64,000 bases of DNA, taken from NCBI GenBank assembly GCA_963841565.1, contig CAWJCY010000006.1:96001-160000 (forward strand). The letters run 5' to 3'. The notes under the pieces were generated by a model. That model saw only the letters and a list, made by a program, of their open reading frames with translations, was not told the DNA's origin and ran no database searches. This DNA is from an uncultured Nitrososphaerales archaeon (lineage in GTDB: Archaea > Thermoproteota > Nitrososphaeria > Nitrososphaerales > Nitrososphaeraceae). Every line of letters starts with the position of its first letter. Within the stretch, counting starts at the first letter, position 1. Positions 32,369-41,813 of this stretch are shown one piece after another. Position numbers and translations under genes: made by a program.

Positions 32369-32770
32369 ATGAACTCCACAAATCCTACAAAATCTGATCG
32401 TTCAATCGCCCCGCATGGAAACCGACCGCTTTCATACAATTGGGTGTTTGCCATTGGAATTACGATGATCCTATTGGGAGTAATATTATTTGCATTAAGG
32501 GCAGCTCTAATTAGCCTTGTGATCATGATTATAGGAATTTCTCTATTTACAGCCTGGCTTTACCTAAGCACAAGGTTAAAGGAATCAAAGAATCTTCCTC
32601 AAAAAGGCGGTTTGTCAAATAGACAAGTTCAGGGAGAATTGAACGAGGAATGCATATGTGCTATATGTAAGCATAAGGCATCAAGCACCTGCATTAATGA
32701 AAATTGTGCGTGTTGTATTCTGATGAAAGATGACAGCGTGGTAGGGCATTCGAATAATCCCTTGCAATGA
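32369..32770 (+). CDS. two-TM membrane protein with Cys-rich C-terminal domain
   Basis: Two TMs, then CICAICKH...C....CACC...H. Confidence 0.72.
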   Translation: MNSTNPTKSDRSIAPHGNRPLSYNWVFAIGITMILLGVILFALRAALISLVIMIIGISLFTAWLYLSTRLKESKNLPQKGGLSNRQVQGELNEECICAICKHKASSTCINENCACCILMKDDSVVGHSNNPLQ

Positions 32771-33005
32771 TATAATTTTATAGCTGAGCTTTCGTAATAT
32801 TTCCAGATCTAATTTCTTTCACAAGACCACAGGTATGGAGGCGACAAAACATTAACTGAGTTTCAGACATCAAGGCTGTTGGCTAATAATTACACATTCT
32901 GATAGCCATTCTCAATGGTGATGTCGTCTTGAACGGGCAAGACGACATTAACGGTTGAAATTAATGTGATATCGAAATGCGCTTAAATTCTTATCTCAAC
33001 AGTTG

Positions 33006-33428
33006 TTATTTCATATACTTGACTACTCGAACATCTCCATCGTTTGCTGTTAAAATAATTCGATCAAATTCCAGTTCATTTGGATTTGGAGAAGAAAACA
33101 CAGATGCGAAGGGCCCAATATTTCCTAAGCTCTGGGGAATACCGTTCTCTCCAAATTGAACCACTACGTCGTTCAACGAATCAAAGTTATTGTTACTGAT
33201 TTTAGCAGTTACCGAGCTAATCAATCCCCCTCGTTCAATTATCTCGATGCTTACTCCAGCTCTAGGGAGGAATACCGAGAATACAACCAGAGCTACAACG
33301 ACAAAACCAACAATTATCCCAACCTTAGCAATTTTTATATAATTTCTTCTCACTTTACCACGAAGACCATTTTCCTGAAATTTGTCTTCGTCCCATTTAT
33401 CATTCAATTGGAATGCACCTGTGTTCAC
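33006..33428 (-). CDS. membrane-anchored hypothetical protein
   Basis: Single TM followed by a beta-rich domain. Confidence 0.68.
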   Translation of the reverse strand: MNTGAFQLNDKWDEDKFQENGLRGKVRRNYIKIAKVGIIVGFVVVALVVFSVFLPRAGVSIEIIERGGLISSVTAKISNNNFDSLNDVVVQFGENGIPQSLGNIGPFASVFSSPNPNELEFDRIILTANDGDVRVVKYMK

Positions 33429-33614
33429 GGGAATCTACCTGCATTCTTGTACTCTCTGTCATCATAAAGCGACCTGCCTTAAATAAGTACAGATACAAAT
33501 AGACAATCCCCGAAGCGATCAGCAGAACCTCAGTGATTCATTCTTCCAGATTATGAATACAAGGTGAATTAAAATGAATATACGAAATCCAAATGTCTCC
33601 ATGTTCACTAGTTT

Positions 33615-33845
33615 TCACTTTCTTAATTGGAAATTAACTTCAAACATTGTAATAATGTCCTTGATGTTTTCGTCTGAAGCAAAACTGCAGATCGTAATCC
33701 ACTTTCTATTTTTCCTTGCCATGATCTGACAAACAGCCCTAGGATTATCAGGGGTCACTTCTGCCTTCACATCATACCTGCTTCTCAATTTTTCTTCCAA
33801 GATGGCCGCAATTCCACGGGGGGCGTGGATTGTAATTTTACGCAT
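33615..33845 (-). CDS. hypothetical protein
   Basis: 76-aa ATG-start ORF with globular composition. Confidence 0.6.
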   Translation of the reverse strand: MRKITIHAPRGIAAILEEKLRSRYDVKAEVTPDNPRAVCQIMARKNRKWITICSFASDENIKDIITMFEVNFQLRK

Positions 33846-33963
33846 TTCCTTAGATAACTGGGTATGGACGAGATAATTCTTTCGTTAATAAAGCCTCTAG
33901 TCAGCTCAGACTATTCTATTCGGCAAATGGAAGATCAATTACGGCGAATCATAGTGCCAAGTC

Positions 33964-34182
33964 TCATTTCTTTGATCTTTCAAGTAGGTCTATTACATTA
34001 CGAAGGCTATCCTGGATCTCCTCTATTGGACTATTTTGATAATCCATTCTACTCTCGAGGTCTACCAGCTTGTTGACTACAACTAATAGGTTATTTATCG
34101 GATCATCGAATTCATTTCGCGGCTTGCCAATGGCCATTGAGGTATCCTCCTCGTGCATTAGAGCAATACATGATTCATTCAC
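33964..34182 (-). CDS. small coiled-coil hypothetical protein
   Basis: Helical heptad-like pattern. Confidence 0.5.
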   Translation of the reverse strand: MNESCIALMHEEDTSMAIGKPRNEFDDPINNLLVVVNKLVDLESRMDYQNSPIEEIQDSLRNVIDLLERSKK

Positions 34183-34491
34183 GCATATATCTATACTTTA
34201 CGAGCGTCAACTGGATCTAGTTCGTTATCAAGCATGGACGGTCAAGGCGCAAGGGCAAAAAAAGACTATCGATTTAGGCTTGTTGATTGAGTTGAATACC
34301 TTTGATAAGCAAGTATTCTGAAAGAATATTCACTAACGCGCGAGTAACCAATCATACTCCGTTTGTTAATACTGATAAATAGTGTTGGATTGATGTTGAA
34401 TTAAGCCAATTAGTCCAAATCTTTCACGAGTATGAAAATGATCGTGATGTTTCCTTCCATATTCACAACTTTTAGCTGGAATTTGGACTAG

Positions 34492-34577
34492 AGGTGGGGA
34501 AGGGATTCGAACCCTTATTGATTCGCTTACTACATTCAATTCTGCAGGCGAACGCATAGCCGCTCTGCCACCCCACC
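34492..34577 (-). tRNA. tRNA-Cys (GCA) with a 14-nt canonical intron at 37/38
   Basis: Reverse complement GGTGGGGTGGCAGAGCGGCTATGCGTTCGCCTGCAG[AATTGAATGTAGTA]AGCGAATCAATAAGGGTTCGAATCCCTTCCCCACCT; intron at 34528-34541. Confidence 0.93.
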
Positions 34578-34778
34578 GTTCATTTCTTGCCCGTTGGTAA
34601 CTAGGCAAGATCGTACTAGATTTCTACGATTATTTAAATTAAATCCTATTGATTTACTTAACGCATAATACTGAATTCGAGTATTGCAAAACAACAGGGT
34701 CAGATTCTACCAGGATTCAAATTATTAGTCAACAAAAACTAAATGAATTAAAGCAACGGTCTGGCTCGAAGTTGGAGA

Positions 34779-35108
34779 TCATATGTCTATCATATCGTAT
34801 TCAGTGGTCTTCTTCCTATGGCACTGCCAGCACAATAATTGCATATTTCCGATGTCGAAGACTGGTCCCCCTTTAGATATAGGAATGATGTGGTCTACTG
34901 TAAGCAAAGCGATAGGAAAATATTTGCCACAACCAAATTTGTAATATTTGTTGTCCACGCCTTGGAAAGCTGGGAGGCTATAGCCAGGATTACATCTAGA
35001 ACCATACTTTTTTGCTAGAGTAGTCTTATAATTCTGTCTCATGGAGGGAGGTAGCTGATACCAAGAATCTCCACTTTTACCAGCAACATAGATTCTTTTT
35101 CGCACCAT
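34779..35108 (-). CDS. HNH endonuclease
   Basis: VDHIIPISKGG ... NMQLLCWQCHRKK. Confidence 0.88.
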   Translation of the reverse strand: MVRKRIYVAGKSGDSWYQLPPSMRQNYKTTLAKKYGSRCNPGYSLPAFQGVDNKYYKFGCGKYFPIALLTVDHIIPISKGGPVFDIGNMQLLCWQCHRKKTTEYDMIDI

Positions 35109-35671
35109 GGTTCAACGAGTAGAACGGATATGTTATATGCGTAAATAAAATGTTTGCTTCTCTTGATTTTGTGATTAAGATACAAGTGATAGAAATTGAA
35201 TATTTAATAATTTTTCTCGACTTTTACAATGCTATTTTGATTCTATTTAACACAGTACCTGTTTGACCTTATGCGATTAAACGCATTGCCGAACATTATT
35301 TTCCAGTTGGCCAGAGTAGAGGTGCTCAGATTAACAGGTTTTGGTTATCTGTCGTATAACATTCTATCATGTTGTGTTCCCTTTCAAGTAACGGCCTATC
35401 GTATCGTAATGGTCTCTTATCTAGATATCTTTATTGATAACTAGTTGTTTACCCAATCTAGCTCTACGAAATCAATGCATCTTCATAGCCCGTTAGTTAC
35501 TCGCTAGCGAGTCTCCAAGCACTCGTTCTACCTTTGACGTCTCAACAAAGCGTTTGACGTGCCCATGTTCTTAAGTAGTAAATCACCAAAAAATACCGAA
35601 AAGACTAGGCATCATAAACATTCGATTCGACTACCTGGGGTATTTTTTTATTTGTGTGAAAATTGGACCCT

Positions 35672-36040
35672 TTAAATTGGCTCCCCTAGCTGGACAGAGT
35701 CAACATAAATCCCGTTGTCGTGTTCCTCAATCTTATACAATCTCAAATTGCCTGACTTTCGCCAATTAGGGCTCTGCTCCATCCAGCTATCTTCCTTTTT
35801 CCAAGATTTCATATTTTCTAGCACACCTGTGAAAAGATTATACTCATATCCGTGCATGTAGCATACTATGTTATTGCCATTAAAGTGTCCCTTTGATAAG
35901 GAGGCTCCTCTGTGAGGACAGGAATTGCTGCACGCGAATAACTTTCTGTTTCTTCTTCCTACGAGGATATCCCTATTGTTAATTGTGAAAACATTCAAAG
36001 AATTATCCTTTATTTCATCACTATTGCAGATCCTCATCAT
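35672..36040 (-). CDS. Rieske [2Fe-2S] protein
   Basis: CPH ... CYMHG. Confidence 0.88.
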   Translation of the reverse strand: MMRICNSDEIKDNSLNVFTINNRDILVGRRNRKLFACSNSCPHRGASLSKGHFNGNNIVCYMHGYEYNLFTGVLENMKSWKKEDSWMEQSPNWRKSGNLRLYKIEEHDNGIYVDSVQLGEPI

Positions 36041-36287
36041 CTCTGGAATCGTAAAGTTACCGATCGAGATACTATAAATCTATTTACTCAATTGTACTTC
36101 ATTTTTGATAGGAATTATTATCGTAAGGCTAATTTGACTTCGATGTAGATTAGGAACATCTAGTTTTATATCCCTAATTAGCCATACTATGTGGTCGTAG
36201 AAATTAAGACCTGATATGCATACTCAAGCAATATCTGGGCAAGTATGAAGATTTTTATATGTATGTTGGCTACTAATAAATTACATT

Positions 36288-36740
36288 TTGCCATCAGAAA
36301 TAGTTACTCCTATGAAAATTTCAGTTAAAACTAGAAATAGTTTAGTTGAACAGGCACTCCAAACCATCTCTCGAAGTGGAGAGAATGGAATATTCCAAAC
36401 CGAACTTTGTAAGACTTTTTCTCTAGACAGCCGAGATGGGTCAAGGCTTGTTGGGAATCTGGAAAAGCAGGCCCTTATTTCTAGGGAAAAAATCCTTTAC
36501 AACGGTAGGTGGACTTACAAGTTGATAGTAAAGAAGCCTACTACTTCTGAAATTGAAAAAAGACAAGTTGAGATAAATAGTGTTGAGGGAGCCCCGTGTT
36601 TCAGTTGTAATTATCAACATTTATGTTCGTCTGAAGATGAAATGAGTCAGTATAGCCCAGCCAAGTGTACATGGATCGCAGAATGGGTACTCTCTAGTTT
36701 TAGCAGGACACTGAATCATCAGCGTCACGTCGATCTATAG
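36288..36740 (+). CDS. RPC34-like / TFE-beta subunit (wHTH plus Fe-S domain)
   Basis: GIFQTEL wHTH and C-terminal PCFSC-x5-C-x12-C-x5-W. Confidence 0.8.
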   Translation: MPSEIVTPMKISVKTRNSLVEQALQTISRSGENGIFQTELCKTFSLDSRDGSRLVGNLEKQALISREKILYNGRWTYKLIVKKPTTSEIEKRQVEINSVEGAPCFSCNYQHLCSSEDEMSQYSPAKCTWIAEWVLSSFSRTLNHQRHVDL

Positions 36741-36919
36741 TCAAAGAATTATGCAAAGGCTAGTGGCAGCCTTCACATTGTAATAGGGCTAGTCCTAATT
36801 TGAAAGTGGTTACATAATCCAATTACGATCTCATGTGCAACATGTGTATCTGGAAAGAGCTTTCTGAACTGATCTTATTTTTACTTGAATATTATGGAGG
36901 GTTCGCGCTCCAATGAGAT

Positions 36920-37465
36920 TTATGAAGAACGCTGTAGGTCATCCTTAAAGGCCAATGGAGCTGTAACAAATCCAGACTCGATATCAGCAGTCCCTTCCGC
37001 TTCCCAATTTATGTCAGAGCTAGTGAGATTTCCAATATTGATTTGCGTAAGAGTTGGATCGTTACGCGGTATTTCGAACTTTGACATGATTGTAGCTTCG
37101 CCTCCAGACAAAAGTTGTGGCCGCCCGTGAACTGGGATATCGATATAGTCGATATGTCCGTTACCTAGAGACTCACCATTCGCGAAAAGGGTATAATCGA
37201 TTTTAGAGGTGGTCAAGGTCTTATCAGTAGGGTTATCGACTTTAAAAAATACGTTAAGAGTAAGCAGATTCGCTGTTTCCTCTTCTGGAGAGGGATTCTC
37301 AATCTCAACTTTGTCGAGGTTGATTTTCACAGCATTGATATCGGGCGGAAGGGTGAGAGTCAAGATAAGTGGTGTAAAAATTATTGCTGCGGCTATTGCT
37401 GCAACAACGCCAATGAGAAGGGCTCTACGTCTGGTAAGAAACATTCTGGCATTTAAGCTAATCAA
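36920..37465 (-). CDS. membrane-anchored LEA_2/WHy-like protein
   Basis: N-terminal TM, VDNPT, IDYTLFANG. Confidence 0.75.
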   Translation of the reverse strand: MISLNARMFLTRRRALLIGVVAAIAAAIIFTPLILTLTLPPDINAVKINLDKVEIENPSPEEETANLLTLNVFFKVDNPTDKTLTTSKIDYTLFANGESLGNGHIDYIDIPVHGRPQLLSGGEATIMSKFEIPRNDPTLTQINIGNLTSSDINWEAEGTADIESGFVTAPLAFKDDLQRSS

Positions 37466-37530
37466 AAGCGCATTAAAATCCTTTCTAAGACAATACGAAT
37501 AATAGTATTAACGTCAATCCCTGTTTCGTA

Positions 37531-38034
37531 ATGGTGTTGGGGGATGTCTTAGTTTTTTGGGTGCATCTAACCTGTGCATCAATCTGGGTCGGTGGATCCT
37601 TATTTTTAGGGATAGTTTTGGCACCCATGTTAGGAACGATTGCTGAATCGCCAGCAGATCGTCTTGCCCTAATGCTAAGGATCGGAAGGAGATTCAATAG
37701 AATTGCATTGCCGGCATTTATAATACTGATGATAACCGGAATTTACAATTCTCGCGCTTTTCTTTTGCAGCCGGTTGCACTAATAGATTCAGACTATGGT
37801 ATTATTTTGCTTATCAAGGTCATCTTCGTTATTGTTACGCTCATAATCTATATTATCCACATAAGGTCTATTGACATCGAAACAGAAAAGCGGATTATGA
37901 GTGGTGACTCAAATTCTTATATTCAACCTGTAAGATCCAGAATTATTCTTCTAGGAAGAGTGATTGTGGGATTATCGTTGATAATCTTGTTCCTTGGGGC
38001 ATTGCTAAACAACAGCGGTGCCCTACCATTGTGA
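37531..38034 (+). CDS. CopD-like membrane protein
   Basis: HLTCASIWVGG, TGIYN, YGIILLIK. Confidence 0.8.
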   Translation: MVLGDVLVFWVHLTCASIWVGGSLFLGIVLAPMLGTIAESPADRLALMLRIGRRFNRIALPAFIILMITGIYNSRAFLLQPVALIDSDYGIILLIKVIFVIVTLIIYIIHIRSIDIETEKRIMSGDSNSYIQPVRSRIILLGRVIVGLSLIILFLGALLNNSGALPL

Positions 38035-38326
38035 CGAATGACTATTCATTTCAAGTGGATCAATATTGTATCAGACCATTCGAGTTAGCTGAGCAGACTA
38101 GATATCTACCAAAAGTAACAAATAAACCACTTTCTACCATGAGGGATCAATGGTTACTTTTGAGGGACTTTTAAGGCAAGTGAGATCACCTGTTCATTCT
38201 ATATAGTCCCCATTATTAGAGACACCAAGGTAAGACACTTCATAAAGCTTCCATATATTGAAAACCAGACATATCCTAACGCTTTAAACCGGAAGACCAA
38301 TCAGTGACATACACTTTTATAGTAAT

Positions 38327-38530
38327 ATGGCATATAAGAATTTTGAGAGCAAATTGAGGAGTTTAAATATTTTCCTGGAGAAGTCGGACGACATAAAAGT
38401 CGCCAAAGACAATTACGCTGCTGGTTTTGAAGATAATCTTCCTTATGATTTGGTCTCTCGGCCTTATTACGTAGATTCTTTTTTCTCTAACCTAGACCGA
38501 TCCGCTTCAAGTGATTTCGATTCTGAATAG
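38327..38530 (+). CDS. hypothetical protein
   Basis: 67-aa ATG-start ORF. Confidence 0.45.
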   Translation: MAYKNFESKLRSLNIFLEKSDDIKVAKDNYAAGFEDNLPYDLVSRPYYVDSFFSNLDRSASSDFDSE

Positions 38531-38602
38531 TAGATTCAAAAAGGATGGATATATAGTAGCGGTTCCTATTAGATTGATATTAAACTAACACAAAAAACCC
38601 TA

Positions 38603-39121
38603 CTAGCTTTTGGGTGCAATGTCCGAAATAATTTGTTCAATCTTATGCCGCAAAGCCTCCTTGACTTGATTATTGTCAATAAGGTTCAGCGGTTCCTTAC
38701 ACGTACTGCATTTGAAGAACTGCTCTACCGCAAGATCGAATTTGACATGTGAACAATCGTTGTTCCCACAATGGTAAAACTCGGAGGATTCTTCGTATTC
38801 AAGTCGCTTTTGTAACCTATCAAGAATTTTTTTCTTCTGATTATCGATAAAATTGTCTACTTGATCCCTTTTCGCTCTCCATCTGTATACAAACCATCCT
38901 TTCTTCTCGTCCTTTACACGAATGCCCGTGATCAACGCTTTCCCAAACATATCATAAAGAACTTTTCGAATGATGTTGATTCTAAGCCCAGTTGCCCCTG
39001 CAATTTCCTCATCAGTTGCATCTTCTGTATGCAAGAGGGCACGTGCAACTTTTAGATATTCCTCACCTCCAATGAGTGCAGCAATCTTTACAAAAGAATC
39101 TTCAGTATCGTCCTGATGCAT
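38603..39121 (-). CDS. tfe: transcription factor E alpha
   Basis: TDEEIA ... RKVLY, GWFVYRW, Zn ribbon (C-x4-C ... CSTC). Confidence 0.92.
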   Translation of the reverse strand: MHQDDTEDSFVKIAALIGGEEYLKVARALLHTEDATDEEIAGATGLRINIIRKVLYDMFGKALITGIRVKDEKKGWFVYRWRAKRDQVDNFIDNQKKKILDRLQKRLEYEESSEFYHCGNNDCSHVKFDLAVEQFFKCSTCKEPLNLIDNNQVKEALRHKIEQIISDIAPKS

Positions 39122-39349
39122 CTTTTCTATATCATCAATTTTTAGATATATAGTTACCGACAGACGAATGAAAGTGAATACTTAACATCAAAGTTCAAAA
39201 TAATTTGAGTTGGGTAGGCAATATTTCTACCCACACATTCATGATATTTTTGTGATAAACGAATTTTAGTATTTCCCAACTGATCGAATTCTTACTAAAC
39301 TTGAATTAATCCACTGGTACCGTAATGAGGGACTGCTTCTAGAACCAAA

Positions 39350-40681
39350 CTAAAGGGACCGTTGGTGAAAGCCTCTACCATATCTCTTCTGATTGTTATA
39401 GCGACTTTCTCCTCTTCCTCGGTACCGAGAGTTGCTCGTCTCATTGCTATACTTCCTTTGACCATACTGATTTTCTCGTCTATCTCGATAACCGTTAGAA
39501 GGCCTGTACGACCTACCCCTTGAATAAGATGGGCGTTGGGTCCTACCTTCGTACACAGGGACTTCTATACCTAGTTCAAAATTCAGCTTGCGGATGGGCT
39601 GGTCTGTTCGATTGATTATTCTCTGAAAGTCTTCAACCCGTTCTACAGAAACTAAGGAGACGGCCTTGCCAGTGCCACCTGCTCGAGCTGTTCTACCGAT
39701 GCGATGAAAATAAATCAATGGATCCTCGGGGACATCATAATTTACCACATGACTTACTGCAGGGATGTCGATACCTCGAGCTGCTATGTCAGTGGCGACA
39801 AGGATATCTTCCTTTGCTGCCTTGAATCTATACATTGCTACTTCTCGTTGCTTTTGTGACAAATCTCCATGTATAGAGATGGCCTTAAAGCCTGCATATT
39901 TCAGATCATTAGCCAATCTATGGGTTCGTTGCTTTGTAGCAGCAAATACGATCATCTGTTTTTTACTTTCATTTTTGATCAACTCACAAAGATGCTTAAA
40001 TTTCTGCCGTTCGTGAGTAACAAGATATGACTGATCGATTGTATCGAGGCTGATTTCTTCTTCGTTAAGTAGAACTTGTTTTGGATTGGTCATATATTCT
40101 TCCGCAAGGCGAAGGATTTCAGGAGGCATTGTGGCAGAGAAGAGACAGGTCTGATGCTTTTCGCTTATATAGAAAAGAATGAACCTGATGTCATCAATGA
40201 AACCCATATCTAGCATTCTGTCGGCCTCGTCAAGTACGACGTGACTTACCTTGTCCAGCTCGATGGTTCCTCTTTTCAAATGGTCAATAAGTCTGCCAGG
40301 AGTAGCAACAACCACCTGAGCCCCTCTCTCCAATCGTGATTGCTGCTGACCGATACTTACCCCTCCAAAAATGGATACCACACGAATTGGAATATACTTT
40401 GAATATTTTGTGATCTCATGGGTTACCTGAACCGCGAGTTCCCGCGTGGGTACTAATATCAAAAATTGTACCGGACCGTTACTTTTGAGACGTGATAATA
40501 CAGGCAAACAGAATGCTGCCGTTTTACCCGTTCCAGTGTGTGCCTGACCAATTACATCATGCCCTTGCAAAATAAATGGTATTGATGCTTCTTGAATAGG
40601 AAATGGCCTGGCGAAGCCCATTTCTTCCAATGCCCTAGTTAAAGGTGGGCTTACCCCTAATTCTTCAAATGTAGATTTCAA
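39350..40681 (-). CDS. DEAD-box RNA helicase
   Basis: Q motif, GTGKT, PTRELA, DEAD, SAT, HRIGRTAR; RG-rich tail. Confidence 0.95.
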   Translation of the reverse strand: MKSTFEELGVSPPLTRALEEMGFARPFPIQEASIPFILQGHDVIGQAHTGTGKTAAFCLPVLSRLKSNGPVQFLILVPTRELAVQVTHEITKYSKYIPIRVVSIFGGVSIGQQQSRLERGAQVVVATPGRLIDHLKRGTIELDKVSHVVLDEADRMLDMGFIDDIRFILFYISEKHQTCLFSATMPPEILRLAEEYMTNPKQVLLNEEEISLDTIDQSYLVTHERQKFKHLCELIKNESKKQMIVFAATKQRTHRLANDLKYAGFKAISIHGDLSQKQREVAMYRFKAAKEDILVATDIAARGIDIPAVSHVVNYDVPEDPLIYFHRIGRTARAGGTGKAVSLVSVERVEDFQRIINRTDQPIRKLNFELGIEVPVYEGRTQRPSYSRGRSYRPSNGYRDRRENQYGQRKYSNETSNSRYRGRGESRYNNQKRYGRGFHQRSL

Positions 40682-40911
40682 TCTTTCTTTTCACTAATAT
40701 TTTTCTGCACAAATGCACGGAAGAAATGATAAGTAGTATTCTGATACTTGACAGATCTGCCGTTGCTTTTGACGACTGATATTAGAAAGCACAGAAATAT
40801 AAGGGATACGGAAGCTAATCCGGTCTGAATAATGGGTACCTATATGATTGCCTAACTAGTTTTTAGAGCGTAATACAAGTCTTTTATATTCAGACCCGAT
40901 AATAGTTATTC

Positions 40912-41742
40912 ATGCTAAGCGAAACTCCCAGAAATGACTACCAAGAGAAGAAACTTCGCGGATCTGGAGGATATGTTCTAGCTAAAATAACAGATGAAGA
41001 ACAGAGAAAAGGTAACCTAGGAGGGCCTGAGCTATTCTTAGCAGGTGTAGGAAGACTAGACGAAAATAGGCTCCTGAAACACTATTGTAACAAATGCGAA
41101 GTACAATTTGATGGTCCTCCTTCTATTGTGTTTGATAGCCCGAACGAGGATCTAGGGGAAGGGGTGATCTTAGAAGAGAAAGGTGAATACAAATGCAAGA
41201 AATGCAAGAACACGATTGCGCAGTACCGCAAGTTTCGATCTCCTCAGAATGAAAAGGCAATACAAGCTGATTCGTCGTCTGTCAATCATCAGGAAGTAGT
41301 TCAACAAATATCACCGACGAAGCCAGAGGAAAATTCGGGAGCGCCTCAACATTCTACAGTAGGCTCAATACATGAAGTGCATAACGCCTTACTTAACGGT
41401 GAATTTCTCCCAATACACTCACTAATCGAAATGCCAGCCTATGATTCGGAAGCAATGCTAATTGGAAATATAAAGGAAATAGGCCTTAGAAGGTTAAGGA
41501 ATGGAACAGTCGATGTAAGTATCGTGGTCAACAATCAATTGAAGGATAAAGACGCCAAATCTTCTGAAATCCTATGGTCAAAGATATCTAAGATTGGTGA
41601 CATTGTGCTAATTAATGAAAATCGGTCCAAGGTTGAGCCCGACTCGCATAATGGATCTGCAAGTCTCGCGAAGTGTAAGGCATGCGGATATACAAATGAA
41701 GAAGGTTCGAAGTATTGTGAAGAGTGCGGAGTAAAATTATGA
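40912..41742 (+). CDS. Zn-ribbon / PRC-barrel domain protein
   Basis: CNKC..CKKC; PRC-like segment ending WSKISKIGDIVLI; terminal CKAC..CEECG. Confidence 0.78.
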   Translation: MLSETPRNDYQEKKLRGSGGYVLAKITDEEQRKGNLGGPELFLAGVGRLDENRLLKHYCNKCEVQFDGPPSIVFDSPNEDLGEGVILEEKGEYKCKKCKNTIAQYRKFRSPQNEKAIQADSSSVNHQEVVQQISPTKPEENSGAPQHSTVGSIHEVHNALLNGEFLPIHSLIEMPAYDSEAMLIGNIKEIGLRRLRNGTVDVSIVVNNQLKDKDAKSSEILWSKISKIGDIVLINENRSKVEPDSHNGSASLAKCKACGYTNEEGSKYCEECGVKL

Positions 41743-41813
41743 AAATAGGATACTTGTTTCTAATGGAAGGGATTTTGGAGATCGCTTCTCATAGTTCTCC
41801 AGCTCAATAGTTC

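Noticed and set aside
40725-40780. Possible C/D box sRNA (ATGATAA...CTGA...CTGA)
   Set aside because: Imperfect C box and irregular guide lengths; more simply the antisense of the DEAD-box helicase 5' region
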